Positions 27,569 through 40,067 of a stretch of 64,000 nt of DNA are shown piece after piece. The notes beneath the pieces were generated by a model that was not told where the DNA came from, searched no databases, and saw only the letters and a list, made by a program, of their open reading frames with translations. This DNA comes from Euprymna scolopes (taxonomy: Eukaryota). The DNA is taken from the NCBI GenBank assembly GCA_053919585.1, contig CM132799.1, one strand, 5' to 3'. Within the stretch, counting starts at the first letter, position 1, and each line of letters begins with the position of its first letter. The translations under genes and the position numbers were made by a program.

Positions 27569-29319
27569 GCATCTGATTATTTCCCCTTTTAATTAGTCTG
27601 AAATATACATTGTATTTTTTAGATGAACAGAACGTTTCATGTACAAAAAAAAAAAGCATTGTTTTTCTTTCTTTTTTTCAAATTGACTCTATTGAATTAT
27701 TGGAATGTGATATTGCATGATACTTTTGTATCATTTTCCAAATCTGTGCCTTGGCAAGTAATGTAATGGATCTGCTCTCTAAAAATTTGTAGAACGTTCA
27801 AGATAGACTTTTTTTTCTTGTCTCGTTATCAAAACATTTTCTCCATAACCCCTGTAAACCCGATACCAGCTTTTCAAGCAACACTCCCTCCTTACAAATT
27901 GATGCATATACCAAAGTAAAAAAAGAAAAAAAAATTGCAAATATAAATTTTACTGAATTGTATCACATTGTGACTATTTGCTTGGACAATTCCTTCCTCC
28001 TTTCAATTCTTTCTTTGCCGTTCCTAGTATGAAAAACAAATTAGTATTTTTCTTTCTGTGTAGCCCTCCTTACATGTTATGAATTTTTCTTTTTTTTCCT
28101 TTATAACATAATGTAGTCCGTACCTGATTTTCCAAGTCAGACCCGAATAGAAATCCATCTGACATATCGATACTTAATTCAGACTAGCCTATTTTTCGTT
28201 TTCCACTGTTATTGCCATCAGTATTTATTTTTATCAGTTTTTTTTTTCTGAAAATGATTGTTTCAACTAAGAAAATTTTTAGAATAGATGCATTTTCCCT
28301 TACTCATCGAATCTTTTTAAACATTGAAAGGGAAGTAATTGCGTAATGAGTAGAAGAACCACATCACTCTACATAAAAAAAAAAACATAAGATATCAATG
28401 GATATATACCTGAGAATCCAAACAAGGAAAGGAATATGCCGTTGTCATAGCCCTAGTAATGAGTTATTGCCCTTAACTTCTGCAAACAAAATGTCTAAAA
28501 ACACTTGGTTTTTAAACAGTAAAGGAAGTTTCCATGTTAATTACACGATTTGTTCTTTACTTTTAAATGTCGTATACTAAAACAAACTTTTTAACAAATT
28601 CCAGTTGTACAAAATAATTTGATTAATAAATAAGTCACCAAAACTAATGTTTCTTTCAATAAAAAGTATTTTTTTATAAACTGGGTAGGTACAGCTAGTT
28701 TATAAAATATTTTCTTTTTAAATCTGATTTTTTTTTTTTTTTTTTTTTAATAAATCTGATTTAAAATTTTTTTTTTTTTTTAATAAAAAAAAAAATTTAA
28801 GTAAATTTAACTCCAATAAGAGAAATAATGAGATCTAAATCTGTAAAATCCAGTATAAAAAATAGAAATTCAAATATTTCGTTGAGAAAATTGCAATAAT
28901 TACTTACCTCAGAGATCCATGTGTGTGTCTGCATTTTGTAAAGTCCAGTTAATAAAAAAACAAAAAAAAAAAACAACAAAATGGCGACACAGTTGATTTT
29001 ATCCTCGATGGTCACATTAAATTATCACCATTCATTTGCAAATTAGATGATTCTGAGCTTTATAAAAGCAAGCCGTTTGAAGAACGAGAGAATTTGTTTA
29101 AAGAAGACAAGCCGTGCATAGATACCACATTGAGGCATAACAGATTATTTACTTGAGTCAACAGAGAATTGAAATTACAAAGAAGAAACTACAGTTATTC
29201 ATTGCTGAAGAAAATCACATGTTTCAGTGATTTTCTTTGTTTTGTTTTTTCTACGTCCAAATGGAACTTTAAAAATATTTGAAGTATATCATAATTTGAA
29301 ATGATTTTTATAATATAAT

Positions 29320-29493
29320 GACTAGGGCTATGACAACAGAACGATTCTTTTGACTCTCAAGTATATATCCGACACAGTAATACAGTCAATCAACCGAGAA
29401 CCACACCAGTCTATTTAAAAACATAGTATATTAACGGATATATACTAAAGAGTCGAAACAACGAAAAGAATATGCTGTTGTCACATCCCTAGT
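29320..29493. mobile_element. Palindromic MITE-like family (TIR ctagggctatgacaacagc); other copies ~48846-49018 and partial ~28350-28458
   Basis: Inverted termini and shared internal gagaaccacatcactctacataaaaacataagatatcaatggatata. Confidence 0.7.
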
Positions 29494-29609
29494 GATGATT
29501 CACAAAAATCTATTTAATAAAAACAAAGCTAAAGAATAAGAATATAAGAGACAACATTAAACATTGACACTGGTTCCTACCATTCTTCCGTATCTCTCAC
29601 ACATGCCAT

Positions 29610-29842
29610 CTTGAGAGATGATGGATAACCCTTGTAAGGGCTGTTGCAGGTGGAATTGTGAAGCAAGGGTTGTGCAATCTCCAATGGCATATCTCTTGAG
29701 TTGTCACTGCTTGATTCCAGTGGCAAGAAGAAATCCAGGACAACTGGAAAGATTCCCAAGTTGTCACCCATTTTAATACTGCCCAGGCTCAACATTGCTT
29801 AACCTCAGTGATCTAATGGGAACTGGTGTATTAACTCGATTG

Positions 29843-29846
<4 letters not shown>
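29610..29846 (-). mobile_element. 5S rRNA-derived SINE (SINE3-type), internally deleted
   Basis: Minus strand: acaccagttcccattagatcactgaggttaagcaatgttgagcctgggcagtattaaaatgggtgac, followed by the same body as the 36861 and 45821 copies. Confidence 0.8.
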
Positions 29847-29889
<43 letters not shown>

Positions 29890-31272
29890 ATTACTTTATT
29901 TAATCACGTAAATTAATATCATTTAATCACATAAATTAATATACAAGGATATAATTTTATGCCTGAATTTTTCAGTATTTACTTCAACAGTGCTCAATAC
30001 ATAGAGCTAGGTAGTCAACTTGACGAATTCTCACAAGAATGAAATGCGGAATATTCTGTGTAGCTTAATTACCATATATACTTTCATAATTTACTATATA
30101 CACACACCCTTAATTAAACCTTAAACATAGACTCAAATTATTTGTCTGGTCCATGAGCGAAAGCAGGAGTTTGAGTTCTTTAATTATCCCAGGCAACACC
30201 TTCAAGGCACAGCTTCTGCTAGTCTATATTTCTATTAATCTCTCATTTTTGTTGGAAACTACTCTGCTGATCTGGTTGAAATTTTGTATGGGCACTTACA
30301 TGGTGCAGCAAACTAAGTATTATGGCATCCATTCGATGTACAGTTAATGTTCAACCATCAATTTGGCATAAAGCACTCGGTCTACGTCAATGGGCTATAA
30401 CTTTTACCAGCTTTTAACGGACTAAAAAGTTATGTATATTAGGATTAGCTATATAAAATATGCACGTCTGAAAAGAACACATTCATCTAAATCTGGTTTC
30501 ATTCATAACCTTGATTTCACAAGTTATAAATTTTTGCACCCAACACTTAGTATTCTCAAATGCTCACCAGTTTTTCTACTGACCAAGCTCAACATAACTT
30601 TAGTGATCTATCTAGTAATGTTTAAAGGTTGCGGTCAAGAGAAGAATGCTAGAAAAATTCTGTATCTTGACAAAAAAAAAAATGGTTTTCTTTTCTTTTT
30701 GTTAAATGTTATTAATCATTTTTAGTTAGAAACTGGCAGAAGCACCCGGTTGTAAAATATGCTTGAATATATTTTAATTTATGCAGATTTCATATCATTA
30801 TAAAGCCAGTTTTATATTGGTTATTATATTGTATCCAATATATAAGTGGTTAAAAAGTTTAAAAAAAAGAAAAAGACTTGAGTGCCATCAGCTAGAATCG
30901 AAACTGAAACAGAAACTTATGAATAATTCTTAATAAAATTATTTATTTCACGATTCAAGCAAGCAAGAATGCCAGGACCGTTCGCAGTTTTATAATTAAG
31001 ATTTTAGTTTCGTTTTTAGATAAACACACCATCAGGTCAAATTCAGTGACCATTTTGTTTTTCTATAGTTTATTCACACGGTTTTCTCAATGTTACATGC
31101 ATCATAATAAATGGATATTAAATGGAAATGATTTAATATATCACAGAAATAACATTAAAACCATTTTAAATGCCTATACAGAAGTTTTTTTTCACATTCT
31201 TCTGACTGACCTTTAAGCATTACGTTAACGGGAACCGACGTGTCAATGATTATGATGTATCATTATCTGTAA

Positions 31273-31313
<41 letters not shown>

Positions 31314-31502
31314 GCCCACCCACCCCTTACCCAACCCACACCCTTTCCGATAACGTATTCTTACCTGCTAAAAGGTAAGTATATTAGAATAGTCTTTGAG
31401 AGTAGAAGAGCATGTGACGTACTTCTTGCCTTGGCCGACAGTATTGCATCCCCGAATGATAATGATGATTACTAATGGCATGCTAACTACTACTACACTT
31501 AG

Positions 31503-31612
31503 GTGCGATGGGCGAGTCACTTGTAACATCGCTGCGGAAAATGATGTGTTTGGAGCTGACCCATGTCCTAGCACTTACAAGTACCTGGACGTGCATTACA
31601 TTTGTGAGAAAG
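31503..31612 (+). CDS. Coding exon: C-terminal half of SUEL/rhamnose-binding lectin domain, variant B
   Basis: tgctaac branch-point-like motif (31481-31487), cacttag| acceptor, aag|gtaggt donor; 110 nt, phase 2->1; (R)CDGRVTCNIAAENDVFGADPCPSTYKYLDVHYICEK. Confidence 0.9.
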
Positions 31613-32810
31613 GTAGGTTTTGCCTAAATTATTTACTTGTTTTATGTGAAATTCTCAAATCCTGTTAAATATTCATTAGCGGGACTACATGGTAATTACA
31701 GTGTTTTCTACACCAATCTGTATAGTATGTTAATAATGTGACACGAGTCTTTTTGTACACACAGTAAAGAAAAAAAAAAAGGTTCATTTTTAGTTAGTGT
31801 AGCGAAATTTGAAAATCGAAATATTGGATTTCAAGTAAAACGAATGATTCCTACCTGTCAGAATAATGAAAATACCAAAAATAAAAACAAAAAATTTACA
31901 AAAAGTAATAAGATAAAAAAATTAATTATTAATGAAAAGTTTTTCAATGACAATCAGCAAAAATTAAGTTTTACTAAATTGGCTAAATATTTTCAGTTTT
32001 CGGAAAATATTTTCCTCCATTTTGGTTACAATTTTAGAACTCTTTTTTTTTTTTTTTTTTTTTTTTGAAACTCTATTTTTGCTAATTGCCTTTGAAAACT
32101 TTTTGTATGAATAATTGTTTTTCATAATTTTTTTGGATATGTTCATTACTGGGACATATTAATTCAGTAGATTCTAATGGTTTTACTTGAAATTCAGTAT
32201 TTTAAATGTCGAATTTCACTACAATAACAAAGAAAAACCGAAAAAGAATTTCATAAAAAAATAATTGTCAGCTAAATATGCAATTCTTGTCTAGAATTGC
32301 CTTTACATTAAAAAACAAAAAGAAAAATTTGTATGATGTACATACACTTGACAAGATGAAAATATCATATTCCAAAAATGATGTCAATTGATCAAGTGGT
32401 TTTATTTCTATGGAGATCATTTTTAAGAGATTAATAAGAATTTGTAGACATTATAACTTAAATCTCGCAAATTTGACTTATTGTTGAGTTGTCTCCTTTT
32501 TTTTTGTTTTTTTATTTTTGTTTTAGATTGTTTAGAAAATGGCAAAGACAGTTGCTTTTCGGTTACTCATAAAATTTGATTTTCTTATTGAAAACTAAAA
32601 CTACTTGATCAATTTATGTGACTTTTGGAACATGTTTCCATTTCATCATGGGCATGCATATCATACAGATTTTTCTGTTTTTGTTATTTAATGCGAATTC
32701 TGGACAATAACCAAATATTTAAATAAAATGTCTGTGTTTGGTTAATATTGTAGCAATTTAATTAGTTTTAAAACAAATATTTTAAATTATTCAGACTTTC
32801 CTACTTTCAC

Positions 32811-32955
32811 TGTTATTTTCTCAATGTTTTGGTCTATGTAACCTTAAACCTTCGAGTTGTATTATGCTGAACTCTGTAATCTGTATGGAATTTCCAGAGT
32901 TCAACAGGATACATTTGAAGATTAAAGGTTACATCGACCGAAAGTGAAAATAACA
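32811..32955. repeat. Tail-out palindrome with degenerate hammerhead core
   Basis: ttgaaga...ggttacatcgaccgaaa right arm; same family as 4959-5097. Confidence 0.6.
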
Positions 32956-33425
32956 TTCAATATGAAGACAAATAATACCAATTCTCGATTCTCATCTCAA
33001 AATTCAGAAACTGGATTTTTTTGTCTTATCATAAAAATAATTATTGGCTAACTATTATTTAAATCATTAAAATGAATGTCACTTTTTAAAAATTTATCTA
33101 AAATGTTACTTGGCATTCAGACTAGGATGAAAGTGTAATATCTCTTTCCTCCTAGATCAGATGAGATTCTTTTTGACTGGGGCAACTTTTAGTTCTTGTC
33201 CCAACCAGACAGCCTTTTTTTGGGGGGGTGCCAGATTTTCTCCACATTAAACACCGACTTTGTGTCCAATTTTGCTCTTGTGGGGAGGCAAGTTAATATT
33301 GATTTTCAGTTTTAATCAATTTACATATACAAAATTATTGTAAAGATTCCTTTTCTGCTGTAATATTCCTTAGATTTTTCTTTTTTAAGAAAATCTAAAT
33401 TAATACAAACGGCCTTAAGAGTTTT

Positions 33426-33775
33426 CGGCCCTGCTGTCGGTGGGGCATTAGAATACGCCGACTGTCCCCCCCCCCCTTGCAGAGGGTAAAAGTCCCTCAA
33501 TGGGGGTCCTGGATATGACCTTAAACTATATCCAGTGGTGAGGCCCCAGCTTGTGGGCTTTGGGGAGTGTGGAGCCACCCTTTAATTACCATTGCTCCCA
33601 GGTCCACTCTGACCCAGAGTGGTAGTACCTGTTAGGGTCCCAACTATGGGTTAAATAGAAACCGACGTGAAAACAAATATATTCTATTAAAAAAACTTTT
33701 CTTCGAAGTCTTTGAATTCGGCATTAAATAACCCGAAAAGGGTTGATATGCCATAAAACAAAAACAATCAACCAA
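33426..33775 (+). mobile_element. Pseudoknot-headed SINE-like element (family PK), long form
   Basis: 13-bp TSD ccttaagagtttt (33413-33425 / 33776-33788); ~80 nt extra 5' sequence; (CAAC)n tail. Confidence 0.92.
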
Positions 33776-33963
33776 CCTTAAGAGTTTTGCATTTATTTCT
33801 CTTTGGTCATCTCTTACATTACTCACTAGTTCAATTCTAACTTGTCCAGAATTCAAACTTTTTAAAATAAAACATTTTTCTGTATATTTATGTACATACC
33901 TATCACAGAATGAAAATATCGTATTTCAAAAATCATGTAAATTATTTTTTTTTGCATAGAAAA

Positions 33964-34001
<38 letters not shown>

Positions 34002-35486
34002 CCGGTTTTGACAGTTAATAGTAAATTGTAGCCATTATGTGGCTGCTTTTGATCTTGGTAGTTCGAATTTTCTCCTTTTTATTAAAAAATAGCAGAGCTA
34101 GACACACTATATTTGCTTCAGCATAAAATTTTAATTTCTTAGTAAAAAAAAAAAAAGAAGCTATTTGTGATTTTTTGCTACATTTTTATTCCCTGACAGG
34201 TATGTACATCAAAGATTTTTCGGTATTTTTTTGTAATTAGATCAAATTCTCACAATGAATTCAACATTTAGTAAGAAATGTAAAATTATTTAAAAGAAAA
34301 AAACTGCTTTAATGTTTTGTATTAACGTAAGTATCCTGTTTTTGTTAATTTTCTAATTTGAGTTTTGTTTCTATTTGTATTTATTTTTAAAGAAATTTTA
34401 ATTTCTTGTGATCTTTGGAACAAGCCTTTGTCCTTACCAGCATTTACATGAAATATCAAAAAAATTATTTTAAAATTTTCCTCTTAAGAATAATATAAAT
34501 GTTAGGCTTTCTATTTGTATAAACATTATCCTTGTTTACCTTGGCAATTCGTGTATTAACCATGACTCCCTTTTCTGCAATAAGAGTGATACTGGCCAGA
34601 AAGAGATTCCCTATGGTACACTTATTTGATCCTTTGGGCTCGGCTCAAAGTGTAGTACATGTTCTGTCTTGTTTTAGTAAAGTCATCCTTTTAGATTGGT
34701 AAAATTTAAATTTTTGTCCCAATGCGGAACTCTTTAAGTGAATTTTCCTTACATTAAAAACTAATGTCTTGCTCTGCTTTTGTGTGTGTATGGGGAGGGG
34801 GAGTAGAGGCATTGATATCTGCCTTATTCAATAAATGATTCAACATTTTTACAAAATGTGAATGATAAAAATTTAAGTCTATCAAAAGCACTTCCAACCA
34901 CTAAGTTTGAAAAGCTTTTTAGAACATTGTTTCATTGGATGTCTTACTGGCTTGATAGGCCTAGAGCAGGTTTGTGCTATTTTTTTTCTTTTTGTACATG
35001 GAAGTTCCCACATATTAAGGCCCAAAACCTGCTCAAAGGATTAATAAGTGTACGGTAGTCACTGAGACAACAGCATATTCATAGTGGTAGAAATGGATTA
35101 GTTAAGGAGGGGGTGTGGCCTCCAGAAGAACTTGTTTACATTGGACTTGAATTTAAAAATAAAACCGTATATTAAATCATGACTCCCCAGCAGTGTTGAT
35201 CTAACACCACCTCCCTTAAACAACACACACACACATTAAATGATTTTGAAAAACAATTATGCCCCATTTAGATCCTTAAATTATTACTTGAACCGAATTA
35301 TTATAAAACTGTAATTGTTAAGATAATGCTTTAATCTGTTTATAAGATGATTGGATGGAAATAAACTTCCGATCCTTCAATTCCAGTGAATTTAAAGTTG
35401 GAATAGATTTGTTAATGAAAGAATGGAGATGCATCTGGTTAATTTTGTAAATTAATCTTAAAAAAAATAGCATTTGAAAAATTTCG

Positions 35487-35525
<39 letters not shown>

Positions 35526-36860
35526 TGCTGCAATTTTCAAGTACATACCTATGTTAAGTGTGGATTTTTTTTTTTTACTTAATATAAAAAAAAAAAAATG
35601 TGGAAGACTAAAATATTGAAGAGTTAGGAGTGTCTTACATTCACCTATATATTACAACAGTAGTTAAGAAACGCCAGGCACAACTTCCCCACTGACGTTC
35701 ACCATTATTATTCTATACCAGATATTTAATACAGGATATGTTGATTTATGTGAATAAAAAATTTTCTTGTTTTTTTTTTTTTTTGCATTTTATTACAAAT
35801 AGGCTTTATGGGTAGAATATATATTATATTGATAGGTGTGCCACGAAAATTAAATAAAAGTAAATAGGTTCTGGCCATGTAAAAAAAACAAAAAAAAAAC
35901 GGAACCATTGTTCTAATTTATGAAATTTTGCAAATATTGTACTTTTAACAGGACTCCAACTTGCAATCCTTTACATAGATGGTGCGTATTAGTGATATAA
36001 TTCTATAAAAGTTAGATATAAGAGAATATGATACGAAAGTGCTTTCGTTTAAGTTGAAAGTATCTACAGACATCGCTAGAGTTTATCAATTTAATTGTAT
36101 AGTTTGGGCGATTTCAAAATCGATAATAAATGCATTAATATCAATTATGAATCTGGCTTAGTTCATATATATACCCCCTTTCCTAGACAATTTTCACATA
36201 TGGTAATTTCCCATAATTCCTTGTGTATATGACCTACATTCACCCCCCCCCTCTCAGTTGATTAAACAACTACTCCTAGCTCCCCCCTCCACAATACTTG
36301 AAATATATGGCATTCTGTCGTATACACAACAAAATGAAAATTCTTAAAACGGCAAATATATAACAATTAAATGTTACCAAAGGCAAGATAAATTACTCTA
36401 CCTACCTGGATAGTATTTTGTGGGTTTAACTTAAAACGTTTATTTAGTTCGAAACACAAATAGTATAGAATGCTTAAGTTAGAACGAGAGCAAAATGGTT
36501 GGCATGAGACAATCATCTGAGGAGTCTTGATAATTGCTCAAAATTGAAAATTAAACAAACTGGCTTCATACTACCTTTTACTTTTAATGTGCGATATTTA
36601 TTGGGTGGGTTTCTATCAGTATTTTATTTGATTTTCAATTAATTATTGAGACTACGCAGATGCCAGTCTGATCAGCTGTTTTGTTTTTGTTCCACAGAAG
36701 GTTTTATACATGAGATTTAAATCTAAACAAAAATGAGATCTATTTGAAGTTTTAGAGGCAGGTGGGCATTTAAAGATTCAAGACCACTTGTCTTTCTACG
36801 AAACTGCATTTTTAATTATGTAGATTCTAGAACCTCTTTCTATAAGAAACCTCCACACAC

Positions 36861-37135
36861 ATATACAACATAATCGCGTTGACACACCGGGTCTCGTAAG
36901 ATCACCGAAGTTAAGCAATGTTGAGTCTGGTTAGTACCAGATGGGTGACTATTTGGGAATTCTCGGTGCTGTATGTGCTCTCCGCTTATCTCGGCATTTG
37001 TTTCCAGTCGCCCAGTACATACACTTCACTTGCAACTGGTATTTAACTATGTTGCCTCAGGAGAGGTATGGTTGGAGATTGCGCACCTCCTGCTACAAAA
37101 ATTCCATGCGCAGGCAGCCCTTCGTGGATATCCAT
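36861..37135 (+). mobile_element. 5S rRNA-derived SINE (SINE3-type)
   Basis: 36861-36975 resembles 5S rRNA (acaccgggtctcgtaagatcaccgaagttaagca...ggttagtac..gatgggtgac..tgggaat..cggtgctgta) followed by a non-5S body shared with two other copies. Confidence 0.85.
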
Positions 37136-37646
37136 ATTGACAGACTGTGTGTGTATGTATATATATATATATGTGACAGATACAATGCTTGAGTTTATAT
37201 AAAAATATTTTTAAGGTATATATCTCATAATATCGTTGGAATTGTTTTAAAAAAAAATAAAAATACTCAATGAAGTTAGGTTCCCCGAACTCTAGAGTAT
37301 ATATACTGGTTGGTTGCATTCAAATGACAAAGAATCTGTCCACAATCATAATTTTTTATTATGGCGTATACTCATATTTTCTTTACTATCTTATGTGTTC
37401 CACAACTCCTAATGGAAAACATTGCCTTTTGTCTGGCTGCTCATCAGAGACGATCAGATATCAGTAACAATGGGTACAGTGTTCTAAAAACCAAATAAAA
37501 AGAAGGTGCTCAAGATAGATGAAGAACGATAAAGTCAAAAACACTCACTGTAAAGATAATTAGAGAAAAGACCTTCCTATCGGCAAAACCTCATTTTAAC
37601 ATTCTAAAGCTGCCATCAAGATATATATATATATATATATGTAAAT

Positions 37647-37999
37647 TAGTGATGGGACGATTCCATTATTTCTCCCGATTCCATACTAAATTACCGATTC
37701 TGATTCTGTATAAATCTCTAAATATCTAACTCTATAGCTGTATTTTTTCTCTAATTACCGTAGACACACATATTAAATGTGCATGTTTTCCTAAACATAA
37801 AAATATACTTGTGGGAGAAAATCTGTCGGATTTAGCTTCACTGGTATCTTAAAATCAATAAATATTTATTTTATCATTATTACCAGCAATGGAAGATTTG
37901 CTTTAAACAAAATCAAATAAAAAAAGACAAAAGAATCGTTTTGGCATCCGAAAATCTATACAAATTTTTTTCCGATTCCGATTAATCGTCCCAACACTA
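37647..37999 (+). mobile_element. hAT-like MITE (TAGTG family), complete
   Basis: TIRs tagtgatgggacgatt / aatcgtcccaacacta. Confidence 0.85.
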
Positions 38000-38480
38000 A
38001 TATATGTATGTAATATTTTTTACTATTGTGGAATTATGTTTTTGTATTTTGATCCTTATATTTACTTCCGATAAATAAGATTCTGTGCATATGGCAAAAT
38101 TCCCAGTGTTTGGAGATTAGTGATCAGAGTATTGATTTGTGTATGAGAATATTAATTCCTACTTCCTCTTGATATCACTAAGAAAAAAAAAATAACTTGC
38201 TCGTCTGGATTTTGGTTTTGATGAAATAGATTTGAAATGCATTTCGTTCCCAGTCTCTGTCAGTTAAGTATTGAGCTTGTATGCTATATAATTGAGATGA
38301 ATTAACAAATGGAATTTATTTCTGGCTATTGTATAAAATACTGCTCTCTGGTTGAGACTAGGTTTTGTGTTTGAAATAACCGTATTCATTCTGAAGCTGA
38401 GAATATTTTAGGTGTCTCTCTATACTGCAGTTGGTTAAAGCAACCTTAACTAGAACTCTTTGTAGGCACAAGCTTGTGTG

Positions 38481-38510
<30 letters not shown>

Positions 38511-38518
<8 letters not shown>

Positions 38519-38708
38519 TATTATACAAGCCTTATTGGTTACATATGTGCATATGTTTCAGTGGAATCCCAATTCAAGGATACTACTTCATCAGACCAAG
38601 AAAGGAGATCCTTTCTTTGTCTGAAGTGGTATCCTTGAATTGGGATTCCACTAAAATATGTATGCACATATGTAACCAATAATGCTTGTATGATAACCAG
38701 ACTATATA
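38511..38708. repeat. Near-perfect palindrome with hammerhead-like core on the minus arm
   Basis: Minus: CTGATGA-AGTAGTATCCTTGAATTGGGATTCCACT-GAAACATATG; terminal sequence shared with 42074-42251 and 52259-52385. Confidence 0.8.
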
Positions 38709-38785
38709 CCAGATGCCCTACACTGAGCACTCTTTAATAATGTGAGATTCATTGGATTTAAATCTAGCAAACCAATCTATACAAT

Positions 38786-38835
<50 letters not shown>

Positions 38836-38852
38836 GCCCCCCCCCTTTTTTT

Positions 38853-39353
38853 TGTAGCAGCAAACCTTAAAGTAAATCACAGAAAAATCTTTATTATACA
38901 ACTCTGTGGTTTATTCCAACGATGAATTTTTGGCATTTATAATTTAAATAAAAATTCTGGTATATGACCCCGTGGCTTGCACGTATATAGCTTAATCTAG
39001 AAGTTTAATTTTCAAAAAATGTACACATTCAGCGAGTTATTTAGGCAATAACTCGTTGAATATTGTCTTTCAAGTGCTCTATTATGTCTGGTCTATCAGA
39101 ATAGATATGAGACTTGACATATCCCTAAAGAAAACAATCAAATGGCGTTAAATCACGTAAACAAGGTGGCTAGTTGACAAGTCTATTTTGTGGAATATTC
39201 ATTCATCAAATGTTTCAAAACGATTTTCAAAAGTTGTACAATTTGCAAACACTGCTTCATGATGAATTGGCAAACCGAGCTGAACTCAAAATAAACGATA
39301 GTTGCCAAATCTTCAATTAAAAAAAATAGTAAATTTAAAGTTTGTTTCCACTA
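38853..39353 (-). mobile_element. Tc1/mariner deletion derivative
   Basis: Collinear with 23088-23561; DLTPFDCFL*G on minus strand. Confidence 0.7.
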
Positions 39354-39728
39354 AAAAAAAAAAAAAAAAATCCTGTAACAGAAAATCAAAAGCAAGTAGA
39401 CAAAAAAAATACATAAATGTGCAACTTACGATTAGGCTGTCCAAGTGGGTTGGGGGAAAAAAATCTAAATTTCATTTTTCTTTACGAAATTTGAAATGTC
39501 CTTTTCGAGAACATTTCACTTCCACTGCCTTTTATGAACAAGTCTGTGGGTATTAAAAATGATTTATAATTATTTCTGCTCTTTTAAGAAACTTGTTGAG
39601 CATTGTCTGTGAATGAAAAGCTTGTCATTGAGCTTATGTGCGAGATCGTGACCTGTAGCCACTTGACCACTGTAGATCGACATTTAATGAAGTTTATAAA
39701 TTCACTTGAATACCGTTGCGGTTGATGG

Positions 39729-39999
39729 AGATCCTGGATACGACCTTAAACTATATCCGATGGTGAGGGCCCAGCTTGCGGGCTTTGGGGAGTGTGGAGC
39801 TACCCTTTAATTGCCATTGCTCCCAGATCCACTCTGACCCGGAGTGGTAGTACCTGTTAGGGTCCCAACTATGGGTTAAATAGAAACCGACTTGAAAAAA
39901 AAACAAATATATTCTATTAAAAAAATTCTTCAAATCACTGGATTCAGCATTAAATAACCTTAAAAGGGTTGATATGCCGTAAAACAAAACCAACCAACC
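39729..39999 (+). mobile_element. Family PK SINE-like element inserted in a tRNA/hammerhead element
   Basis: gatcctggatacgacc start, caaccaacc tail, degenerate TSD tgcggttgatg / tgtggttatg. Confidence 0.88.
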
Positions 40000-40067
40000 T
40001 GTGGTTATGTTCCTTCAGATGGCTTCATTGCGAGGTTAAAATCACATGAGCAGCAGCAATCATAATT

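Noticed and set aside
34170-34206. Recursive splice site (ccctgacag|gtatgt)
   Set aside because: A similar sequence occurs inverted at ~31850-31880 within a repeat/inverted-repeat element, so it is likely TE-derived
36861-36975. Functional 5S rRNA gene
   Set aside because: Diverged, no T-run terminator, and followed by a body shared with two other dispersed copies, so a SINE3
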